DNA from: a virus
Direction: 5' to 3' (one strand)
Virus record (IMG/VR): IMGVR_UViG_3300045988_113289
Span: 1 to 13,719 of that record
DNA length: 13,719 bases
Positions 7,548-13,664 of this stretch are shown here, piece after piece. Every line of letters starts with the position of its first letter. Within the stretch, counting starts at the first letter, position 1. Made by a program: the position numbers and the translations under genes. The notes below the pieces were generated by a model, which ran no database searches, had not been told where the DNA came from, and saw only the letters and a program-made list of their open reading frames with translations.

Positions 7548-7953
7548 TGTTTACACCTCCATTGTTCGGGCGGATAATCTCCGCGAGCACGTCCTCCGCA
7601 GTCAGTGTCTTTGCTTCCGGCTGATGCAAGTTGTTAATATTTCCCTTCTGCACAATGCCAGTCAGTGCGGAAATCTGCTGGAAAATCTTGTCAAACTGCG
7701 CCTGAGTATCATTCGGCGCAGGAGCAGGTGCAGGAGCAGGAGCAGGAGCTGGTGCCGGTGCAGGTGCAGGTGCCGGTGCAGGTGCCGGTGCGGGTGCCGG
7801 TGCAGGTGCAGGTGCGGGTGCCGGTGCTGGTGCAGGTGCAGGTGCAGGTGCTGGTGCAGGTGCAGGTGCAGGTGCATCAATCGTCATCAGCTTACCAATC
7901 TGTTCTGCCGTGAAGCCAGCTTTTGCCAGCGTCAAAATGTCAGATACATTCAT
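7540..7953 (-). CDS. Putative scaffolding protein with a central (Ala-Pro)27 linker, 137 aa
   Basis: Lies immediately upstream of, and translationally coupled to, the MCP gene. GGAGGT SD present. Consists of a 26-aa N-terminal helical module (ILTLAKAGFTAEQIGKLM), 54 aa of strict AP dipeptide repeat and a 57-aa C-terminal module. The function is assigned from gene position only. Confidence 0.55.
   Translation of the reverse strand: MNVSDILTLAKAGFTAEQIGKLMTIDAPAPAPAPAPAPAPAPAPAPAPAPAPAPAPAPAPAPAPAPAPAPAPAPAPAPAPNDTQAQFDKIFQQISALTGIVQKGNINNLHQPEAKTLTAEDVLAEIIRPNNGGVNNG
7714..7875 (-). repeat. Imperfect hexanucleotide tandem repeat (27 units, GCN-CCN on the coding strand) encoding (AP)27
   Basis: The + strand reads as GGTGCA/GGTGCC/GGAGCA/GGTGCG/GGTGCT units for 162 nt. 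It is in frame with 7540-7953. All six frames are open across it. Confidence 0.95.
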
Positions 7954-8438
7954 TGTTTGTTACCTCCATATTTATTTACCAATGCTACAAGGTCGCTATA
8001 CAGGTCGTTACAACTATTTTCTTTTGTCTCCACATCCGCGGCATAATCGAGGCAATTTGATTTTGCGTGATGTGTCCAACGCTTACTGGTAATTTTATCC
8101 AACTGCACCCCGCCCGTGGTAGAATGCATAACCTCCCCATTGCCGATGTAGATGCCGACGTGTGCAGCGTTTACACCATCGGTGTAACGCTTAGGCTCTT
8201 TGCCATCATTTTTGATGGTAAATACCCATTCGCCAGCTTCGATGCTTCCAAAATCTGCCAACTTATCATGCACAGCGTTGCGCCACATGTCATTTGAGCC
8301 GCGCCAGTTTTTGGAAATTCCTGCGTATTTTTTCAGGCAAAATTCGACAAATGCTTGACAATCGAGTGTTGTATAAGGGATGCCGATTAGAGTATTACGG
8401 TCTGCGCTGATTTTTTCTGCCCATTTCTCAGCAATCAA
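7950..8438 (-). CDS. NlpC/P60-family cell-wall endopeptidase (probable endolysin), 162 aa
   Basis: Catalytic-Cys motif TLDCQAFVE and His motif AHVGIYIGNGEVMHS. Directly follows the holin. Only a TTG start (8438, GGTGA 6 nt upstream) precedes the catalytic Cys, and it overlaps the holin stop. No obvious wall-binding domain. Confidence 0.8.
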   Translation of the reverse strand: MIAEKWAEKISADRNTLIGIPYTTLDCQAFVEFCLKKYAGISKNWRGSNDMWRNAVHDKLADFGSIEAGEWVFTIKNDGKEPKRYTDGVNAAHVGIYIGNGEVMHSTTGGVQLDKITSKRWTHHAKSNCLDYAADVETKENSCNDLYSDLVALVNKYGGNKQ

Positions 8439-8629
8439 TTAGCGTCACCATCCATTTTATCAATCAATTTTTGGATAACAAGCGTGTTGTTGTTCAGCGC
8501 ATCCTTCAGCTCTTTTGTTTCTGATGCGTGCTGTTCCCGCTCCTTGTTAAGATACGAAAACAATACAAATGTACAAGCAATGGGGAAACCGACAGTAGTT
8601 ACAAGTTGCGTGATTGCCGTTACATCCAC
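8435..8629 (-). CDS. BhlA/UviB-type holin (64 aa)
   Basis: GTG 8629 lies 7 nt after GGGAGG. The product is VDVTAITQLVTTVGFPIACTFVLFSYLNKEREQH..., an N-terminal TM helix plus a C-terminal charged coiled coil. Length and architecture fit the BhlA/UviB family. The upstream 47 codons of the tracked ORF start at a TTG that is the -35 box and have no SD. Confidence 0.7.
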   Translation of the reverse strand: MDVTAITQLVTTVGFPIACTFVLFSYLNKEREQHASETKELKDALNNNTLVIQKLIDKMDGDAN

Positions 8630-8650
8630 AAAATAACCTCCCGTCTCCCG

Positions 8651-8735
8651 GAAAACAAAATGGCAATAGGGGTCGCGGCATCCGACTATGCCCTGCTCAC
8701 CCTTCCGGGGTTGTCGTTTGAGCCTCCCTACTGCC
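8651..8735 (-). ncRNA. Structured leader or small RNA: 74-nt three-way-junction fold closed by a 10-bp helix and followed by a U-tract
   Basis: On the - strand, GGCAGUAGGG (8735-8726) pairs with CCCUAUUGCC (8671-8662), with one G.U pair. Internal helices are GCUC/GAGC (8723-8720 / 8698-8695), CCC-GGAA-GGG (8709-8700), and GGCAU/AUGCC (8692-8688 / 8681-8677) or the alternative GUCG/CGAC. AUUUUGUUUUC follows (8661-8651). The fold starts at the predicted TSS of the adjacent promoter. Confidence 0.5.
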
Positions 8736-8741
8736 ACAATC

Positions 8742-8770
8742 AATGTACCATAATTTTTTAATTTTGTCAA
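8742..8770 (-). promoter_or_regulatory. Near-consensus sigma-A/sigma-70 promoter with extended -10 (candidate late promoter)
   Basis: On the - strand: TTGACA (8770-8765), a 17-nt spacer, then TGg-TACATT (8750-8742). It starts 3 nt after the ATPase stop codon. My by-eye scan for TTGACA found this to be the only one with a properly spaced -10 hexamer. Confidence 0.7.
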
Positions 8771-8773
8771 GGC

Positions 8774-9793
8774 TTATTTAACTATTCCGAAATATTGACA
8801 GAAAACAATTTCACACGCGGGCGATTCACAATAGATTCTGCGCTCAATATATTCCAGCATTAGATAGCGATAAAGCGTGCGGAAACGCAAACAATCATTT
8901 TCCGTTGTACTGTATATCGGACGTGTTCCCTGCCCGTGCGGACTTATATAAAATGTGTGGTTGCTCTTGTGCCTGTAAACGGTAATTTCACCACAAGTTA
9001 CTACAGGCGTGTACTCTTTTAGGTTCGCGCTCATAGTCTGCAATACAGGTTTATCCAAAAATCTGTTTTCCAGCGACATATCTTTTATCTTGTTATCTTT
9101 GAGCAATCTATAAAGCGCGGTTTCGCCCTTCTTTTGGCTGATAGGGCTATTGCGCAAGTTTATAAGATACAATCCGCGTTCACCATCTTTATATTCCTGC
9201 GTAGCATTCTCTGCCATCTTATAAGCAATCGTGATAAGCCCTAAACTTTGGAAAATCGGGTTTACAATGCTATTGCTATTAGCAAGGCACAGGCATTTAA
9301 CAGGTGGTTTACCGTCTAATTCCCGGTTGCGATTTATAGTTTCGTACGCATTAAAAAATGCATCACCCTCATTTTTTATTCTTCGCTCATGTGATTCGGG
9401 GATAAATTCATCAAATATAATAATTTCTATATTATGAGCTGAAAAACCGCGAATGTTTGACACGCCTGACAGCGCCATGATATACCCGGCAGGGTTGCTT
9501 TCCTCATTGATATATATGGCAGTCGCTTCTTTAGAAACTTTATCCATTTCAAAAGGCACATTTATATCTTCGAACACTGGAGCAAACGGTGACATTTCTG
9601 GCACGCTGATAACATCTGCTTGCAGTTTTGTCCGCCTCATATAGATAAATTTCATTTTGTGTTCAATGACATATTTAAGGGCGCCGTACGTCTTTCCTGT
9701 ACCGCGGGCACCCGTCATCAGTATAAATGGATATTTTTGCTCTATGATTCGTGTCATATCAACATAGCCATTTTCCAAAAATAGGTTATTCAT
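8774..9793 (-). CDS. DNA packaging (encapsidation) ATPase, phi29 gp16-like, 339 aa
   Basis: Walker A LMTGARGTGKTY (gp16 VIGARGIGKSY), FIYMRRTK (FIYVRRYK), Walker B IIIFDEFI (IVFDEFI), CLCLANSNSIVNPIF (CICLSNAVSVVNPYF), MSLENRF (MSLDNQF). AGGAGGG SD lies 4 nt before ATG 9793. The 24-codon upstream extension runs through the terminator hairpin. Confidence 0.92.
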   Translation of the reverse strand: MNNLFLENGYVDMTRIIEQKYPFILMTGARGTGKTYGALKYVIEHKMKFIYMRRTKLQADVISVPEMSPFAPVFEDINVPFEMDKVSKEATAIYINEESNPAGYIMALSGVSNIRGFSAHNIEIIIFDEFIPESHERRIKNEGDAFFNAYETINRNRELDGKPPVKCLCLANSNSIVNPIFQSLGLITIAYKMAENATQEYKDGERGLYLINLRNSPISQKKGETALYRLLKDNKIKDMSLENRFLDKPVLQTMSANLKEYTPVVTCGEITVYRHKSNHTFYISPHGQGTRPIYSTTENDCLRFRTLYRYLMLEYIERRIYCESPACEIVFCQYFGIVK

Positions 9794-9803
9794 ACGCCCT
9801 CCT

Positions 9804-9838
9804 AAAAATAAAAGGCAGGGGTATTCGCCCTGCCTTTT
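9804..9838 (-). terminator. Rho-independent terminator ending the replication (early) operon
   Basis: On the - strand: AAAAGGCAGGG - CGAATAC - CCCTGCCTTTT (11-bp stem, 9838-9810) followed by ATTTTT (9809-9804). It lies between the SSB-like stop (9844) and the ATPase SD. There is no T-run on the + strand, so it is unidirectional. Confidence 0.85.
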
Positions 9839-9843
9839 ATGCG

Positions 9844-10194
9844 TCAATCGAAAATCAATTCGCAAGACGTATAGTTGCGGTTATTCTTACTCCGAATCTG
9901 GGTAACCTGAAGGTTAAAACCCACATCGTCCATGCCCGCCTGACACAGATAATCGACAATGGCAAGAAGACGTTCACTGAACGCCCTGCCGTTAGTGATG
10001 TAAGGCTCCCCCTCAACAATAATTCCGCAACGTGGCTTATACTCACCGTTGCTGTCAACCGTTTCGGAAACCCCCCACGCATCAACGCGAACAGTCTTTC
10101 CCATCAACTCCGACATGGTGTGCCCGTCGCGGGAAAGCGTCAGCTTGTACAGTTCCGCGGGTGAAATGCTCTGATTAGTCTTAGTGTTACTCAT
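9844..10194 (-). CDS. Putative ssDNA-binding protein (phage SSB-like OB fold), 116 aa
   Basis: AGGAGG SD lies 7 nt before the ATG and the gene sits immediately downstream of polB. The pattern GKTVRVDAWGV..DSNGE....IIVEGEPYITNG......SKNNRNYTSCELI recalls lactococcal-phage-type SSBs. Assigned by pattern and position only. Confidence 0.4.
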   Translation of the reverse strand: MSNTKTNQSISPAELYKLTLSRDGHTMSELMGKTVRVDAWGVSETVDSNGEYKPRCGIIVEGEPYITNGRAFSERLLAIVDYLCQAGMDDVGFNLQVTQIRSKNNRNYTSCELIFD

Positions 10195-10221
10195 GATACA
10201 ACCTCCTAATATTTGTTGGCG

Positions 10222-12246
10222 TTATCGCCTAATAAGATTATAGCACAGACTACGGTCTGCGTCAATGCTTATATAAGTGTCTTGTAGTGCATCCAGTAAG
10301 TTAGCGTATTTGTAAGTAATTCCCACTGCATACGTTGATGGCCGTAGGCATACGTTTCGGGTTATGATGAGTTCGTGCCCCTCAACATTGATTTTCTTGT
10401 ATACATGGTCGTTGTAAACGCTTTCAAGCCCTCCCGCTTTTCGGAATACAAAACCGGGCGCGAATTTCACAAGTCCGCCGGCGTCTTCCAGCTCATCGGC
10501 TCCTCCCCACTCCACAATGTCGCCGGCGGCGTTTTTGGTGGATTTTTTACGCACGCCTGCAATTGTTATATCTATATGCCCCTGAGCATCCTGTGAAGCA
10601 TATTTTTTCGCGCCCCATGTTAAAAACTGATAATATTCGCCCTCCGTCTCCGCAACGCCCATGTAATGCGTTATACCGTGCTTGTCTACGGCATATGCGC
10701 CATGCTCAATAGATGCCGTTTTGCATCTATTATTATAGGATTCATAACTGATTGATTCTGATTTTATAAATTTACAGCTATCAGTGTCGGCGTAAACGAA
10801 ATTATTCCCTACAATCTTTATCATTTCTTCCAGCTCCTGCCGTGCGTACGCGGTAACCCACACGCCCCACTGATAGGGGAGAAATGACTTTTTGATATTT
10901 TTGATTACGTCTGTTTCCTGCTGAATATATTCACCCGAATCAGCATCAAATATAATATCATCTTTTCCGGGGTCTGTGGCTGTCATACCATAAAGACTAT
11001 TTAACAGATTTTTGCTTTTCATGTATTCATATTCGCTTCCTTCGATACCTTTAAGCGCTGTTTTGTTTTTGTAGTAGCGCTTTATACAGTCGGTAAAAGG
11101 TTCCGGCAAATAGTCCTTCTGTGCCGTGTAAATGTCTGTAAAATCAAAAGCACCGTCATACTCTTCAAGAATTATCTGCATATCTACATCCGTTACTTCA
11201 ATCGTCAGTGCATCCGCCTCAAGTACACGCCCGTTGTCTTCAAGCGGATTTATCAACATTTGACATTTACTAACAGGGATATATGGGCATCCCCATAACG
11301 GATTACGCAGGGTTGCACCTTTTATCGTCATCGTGCAAAGGATTGCAAGCCCGGAAAGTAAAGCCCGCCGAACAGTTACGATTCCGTCAGGGCATTTTTT
11401 GAATGGCTTCATCGGGAACTTTTTGTTGACCATTACGTCGGGATAGCTGGAGGAGCGGTCGACCGATTGAACCCCAGACAATACCTTTCCCGCAAAATAT
11501 CTATTTGCGTGCGTATTGCCGCCACGAAATGCCATGCGTAATTTTTTGTAAATTTCTTCAGTGGGTTTAAGCGCCCCCAGCGGTGTTTGACTTAACGCCT
11601 GTTTCGCGTCACGCCGCACATACCCTGTGGAGGTTCGCGGAACTGTATATAGCGTGTCGCCATCTTGCGCAATCTTCTTCACTGCCGCTTCCAACAACCC
11701 GATAACGTCATTTTGGCAGTATTCAATCTCTGCTTCCGTTAGTGCCGTCCAAGGATAACGGGTTTTGGTATAGTCAAATTCAGCGCCCGACTTCTTCAAG
11801 TGGCTGACATTCATTTCCTGCAAAAATTTTGAAAGCGTCTTATTTGTCCAAATGTACGAACAGCGGTATTCGATGCAACCACATGTCGCTGACAAGATTT
11901 TTCGGGATTTAAGGCACTTTACGTCTGAGAATTCATAAAGCCCTGCGAGAAATTGAAATTCATACGAAAGATTGTGAACAAGGCATATTATTGTAATTCC
12001 GCCCAGCCTTGCGTTTAACGCATCCTGCAAAGCAGTCCATTCTTCCCACGTTCTGCCGTATGTGATATAGTAATCGTCATCCACATACAGCCCGCACTGC
12101 CAGATATACATTACAGAGTTGTCATCGTCAAGGCGCGTTGTCTCTATGTCAAACGCCATCAGCGCATTAGCGTATACGATTTTTGCCCGTGGATTATCAG
12201 GCGTTAATGCCGTTATTTTTTGGATTCCATCATATACGCTATTCAT
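10222..12246 (-). CDS. Protein-primed family-B DNA polymerase (phi29 gp2-like), 674 aa
   Basis: Exo I FDIETT, Exo II HNLSYE, Exo III YCQNDV, AFRGGNT (phi29 AYRGGFT), motif A VDRSSSYPDVM, motif B KNLLNSLYGM, motif C VYADTDSC, KxY GAKKYA. Confidence 0.95.
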   Translation of the reverse strand: MNSVYDGIQKITALTPDNPRAKIVYANALMAFDIETTRLDDDNSVMYIWQCGLYVDDDYYITYGRTWEEWTALQDALNARLGGITIICLVHNLSYEFQFLAGLYEFSDVKCLKSRKILSATCGCIEYRCSYIWTNKTLSKFLQEMNVSHLKKSGAEFDYTKTRYPWTALTEAEIEYCQNDVIGLLEAAVKKIAQDGDTLYTVPRTSTGYVRRDAKQALSQTPLGALKPTEEIYKKLRMAFRGGNTHANRYFAGKVLSGVQSVDRSSSYPDVMVNKKFPMKPFKKCPDGIVTVRRALLSGLAILCTMTIKGATLRNPLWGCPYIPVSKCQMLINPLEDNGRVLEADALTIEVTDVDMQIILEEYDGAFDFTDIYTAQKDYLPEPFTDCIKRYYKNKTALKGIEGSEYEYMKSKNLLNSLYGMTATDPGKDDIIFDADSGEYIQQETDVIKNIKKSFLPYQWGVWVTAYARQELEEMIKIVGNNFVYADTDSCKFIKSESISYESYNNRCKTASIEHGAYAVDKHGITHYMGVAETEGEYYQFLTWGAKKYASQDAQGHIDITIAGVRKKSTKNAAGDIVEWGGADELEDAGGLVKFAPGFVFRKAGGLESVYNDHVYKKINVEGHELIITRNVCLRPSTYAVGITYKYANLLDALQDTYISIDADRSLCYNLIRR

Positions 12247-12248
12247 TG

Positions 12249-12950
12249 CTAAATCTTCCCTTCCCTTTTGGCTTTTTCAAAAATGGCGCGTACGGTTGCA
12301 CCATTTACAAATTCGCCCGCTTTCAGACGCTGTTTATAGCGCGCACGCGCCTTGTCCGCCTGTCTCTCCCAGTAGTCCCACCGTTTCATGAGGTCTTCCC
12401 AGTCAGATTTTGCAAATTTACGTTTAACGCTTGTCGTCCCCTCCTGAGATATATCAATAATATCTTGCAGGATGTAATAATATTGTGCCTCTTTATTCGC
12501 ATCAGCATAAACCGCGAAAAATTTGCGAAACTGCAAGAAGTCTTCGTATGTAAAGTTTTCTTCCGTGAACCACCCTCGTTGTAAAAGTGTTTTGTACTCC
12601 ATCTTCCATTGATTTTGTTGTGCGAAAAACAATTGTTGTGGAGTCTTCGTGCCGGATACCACCTTCCACATGGAGCGAATCTGCCGGACGCCCTCCTCCA
12701 CTGTGCGGACAGTGGAGGGTTTATCCCAGTAGTGGCGCTCATACTGTTTAATGCTTTCGTATTCGATTCCCTTTTTCTTCGCCGCCTTAAAACGCTTGTC
12801 CATTAGGTCAATAAGCGCTTTCATTTCTTTGCGAACTGCTTTAAGCGTTAGCCCTTCTTTTGGGATTTTTGTACCCGCATACACGGATGCGGGAAGCGGG
12901 CGATTTTCAAGCGCCGTGCTTTGCGCGAATCGTTTATTCCACCTTGCCAT
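12249..12950 (-). CDS. Candidate terminal protein (233 aa)
   Basis: Lies immediately upstream of polB with a 2-nt gap, as phi29 gene 3 lies upstream of gene 2. Basic, helical and similar in size to known TPs (230-270 aa). AAGGGGGA SD present. The genome has ITRs and a protein-primed polB. No direct sequence match recognised. Confidence 0.5.
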   Translation of the reverse strand: MARWNKRFAQSTALENRPLPASVYAGTKIPKEGLTLKAVRKEMKALIDLMDKRFKAAKKKGIEYESIKQYERHYWDKPSTVRTVEEGVRQIRSMWKVVSGTKTPQQLFFAQQNQWKMEYKTLLQRGWFTEENFTYEDFLQFRKFFAVYADANKEAQYYYILQDIIDISQEGTTSVKRKFAKSDWEDLMKRWDYWERQADKARARYKQRLKAGEFVNGATVRAIFEKAKREGKI

Positions 12951-13122
12951 TTTTTACAATCCCCCTTCTTAACAGTTCGTTATAAACGGTTTTGATGCAG
13001 AGCCGACAGGTTTTCGAAAAATTCCCCATCTTCGTAATATCGCTAATTTCCTTCAGCCGTTTCAGGTCTTCCGGAAACATGGATAAAGATATCACTTTAT
13101 ACTTGCGTTCTCTCTTGTTCAT
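12934..13122 (-). CDS. Ribbon-helix-helix (Arc/MetJ/CopG-like) DNA-binding protein, 62 aa
   Basis: Beta strand KYKVISLSMFPED, helix LKRLKEISDITKM, the G-N-F-S turn (GxS/T/N) and helix KTCRLCIKTVYNELL. ATG 13122 (GGGGG upstream) is preferred over ATG 13137. It overlaps the TP start by 17 nt. Confidence 0.6.
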   Translation of the reverse strand: MNKRERKYKVISLSMFPEDLKRLKEISDITKMGNFSKTCRLCIKTVYNELLRRGIVKNGKVE

Positions 13123-13177
13123 TGTCCCAGCCCCCATGTAACAAGGATAATAAGCATGATTGCCACTAACAACATTT

Positions 13178-13408
13178 TTATTCCCTCCAAACGTAACGGG
13201 TCAGATTGTAGTAACGCGCAAGAGGTTCGACACGTTCATAGCCATAAACAGTGCCATTCTTCGCGATAACCTTGTGCGGGTACAGCTTGACGTTCAAACG
13301 GTCATATTTGTCTGCGACACCGTAGAGAATTCTGCCGTTCTCGATGTAGTACCGGAAACCGTGATTCGTGGTGTGCCAACCTTCGCGGGTGATAATTGAT
13401 TTATTCAT
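13178..13408 (-). CDS. Hypothetical small protein (76 aa), Tyr/Arg-rich, probably beta-rich
   Basis: AAAGGAAA SD lies 6 nt before the ATG. Second gene of the right-arm operon. No recognised motif. Confidence 0.55.
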   Translation of the reverse strand: MNKSIITREGWHTTNHGFRYYIENGRILYGVADKYDRLNVKLYPHKVIAKNGTVYGYERVEPLARYYNLTRYVWRE

Positions 13409-13453
13409 GATGTTTCCTTTCTCCCCGTAAAGCCGATAGGTCAGCTGTGTTTT

Positions 13454-13663
13454 TCAAACAGTTGTTACTATTACGTTTACAACTTCCTCCGCTTTATCAT
13501 ATGTAAATCGCCCTACACGCTTCACCTGTAGCGGATGAATCTCATCAGGCATTTCCAATACATCATAATCATAATCGGTTGTTCGAAGAAATCCACTCTT
13601 TACCAATTCATTATACTTGTGCCTATGCATCATAATCGTTGGGACGTAATCTTTACGCATCAT
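13454..13663 (-). CDS. Hypothetical small protein (69 aa), first gene of the right arm
   Basis: The ATG starts 1 nt after the right ITR (tandem ATGATG) and uses the same ITR-encoded AAGGGAAA SD as the left-arm first gene. Confidence 0.55.
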   Translation of the reverse strand: MMRKDYVPTIMMHRHKYNELVKSGFLRTTDYDYDVLEMPDEIHPLQVKRVGRFTYDKAEEVVNVIVTTV

Positions 13664-13664
13664 C

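Noticed and set aside
7714-7875. Possible CRISPR array or non-coding microsatellite.
   Set aside because: The 6-nt units have no spacers and lie in frame inside a CDS with good start and stop context. This is a coding low-complexity repeat.
7456-8046. Long ORFs in other frames and strands across the AP repeat: 7456-8046 (CRCRCR...), 7662-7880 (HLHLHL...), 7665-7913 (VQVQVP...).
   Set aside because: They are open only because a hexanucleotide repeat has no stops in any frame. They lack SD sequences and run antisense to or out of frame with well-supported genes.
8662-8735. tRNA gene: 74 nt with a 7-10-bp closing (acceptor-like) stem.
   Set aside because: There is no D-arm pairing at the expected positions, no T-loop (GTTCRANYC) consensus and no sensible anticodon arm. 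The internal helices do not fit a cloverleaf.
8630-8770. N-terminal 47-codon extension of the holin ORF (the 111-aa version in the ORF track).
   Set aside because: It starts at a TTG that is the TTGACA -35 box, with no SD. An excellent GGGAGG-7 nt-GTG start lies downstream and gives a typical 64-aa BhlA/UviB-size holin. The extension has odd composition and coincides with the RNA fold. Translation of the extension is not formally excluded.
9794-9865. 24-codon N-terminal extension of the ATPase ORF.
   Set aside because: It reads through the terminator hairpin and overlaps the SSB-like gene. AGGAGGG precedes the internal ATG 9793.
13138-13177. Promoter for the RHH/TP/pol genes (TTGTTA ... TATTAT on the - strand).
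   Set aside because: The spacer is only 14 nt and both hexamers are weak. Kept only as a possible operator (TTGTTA direct repeat).
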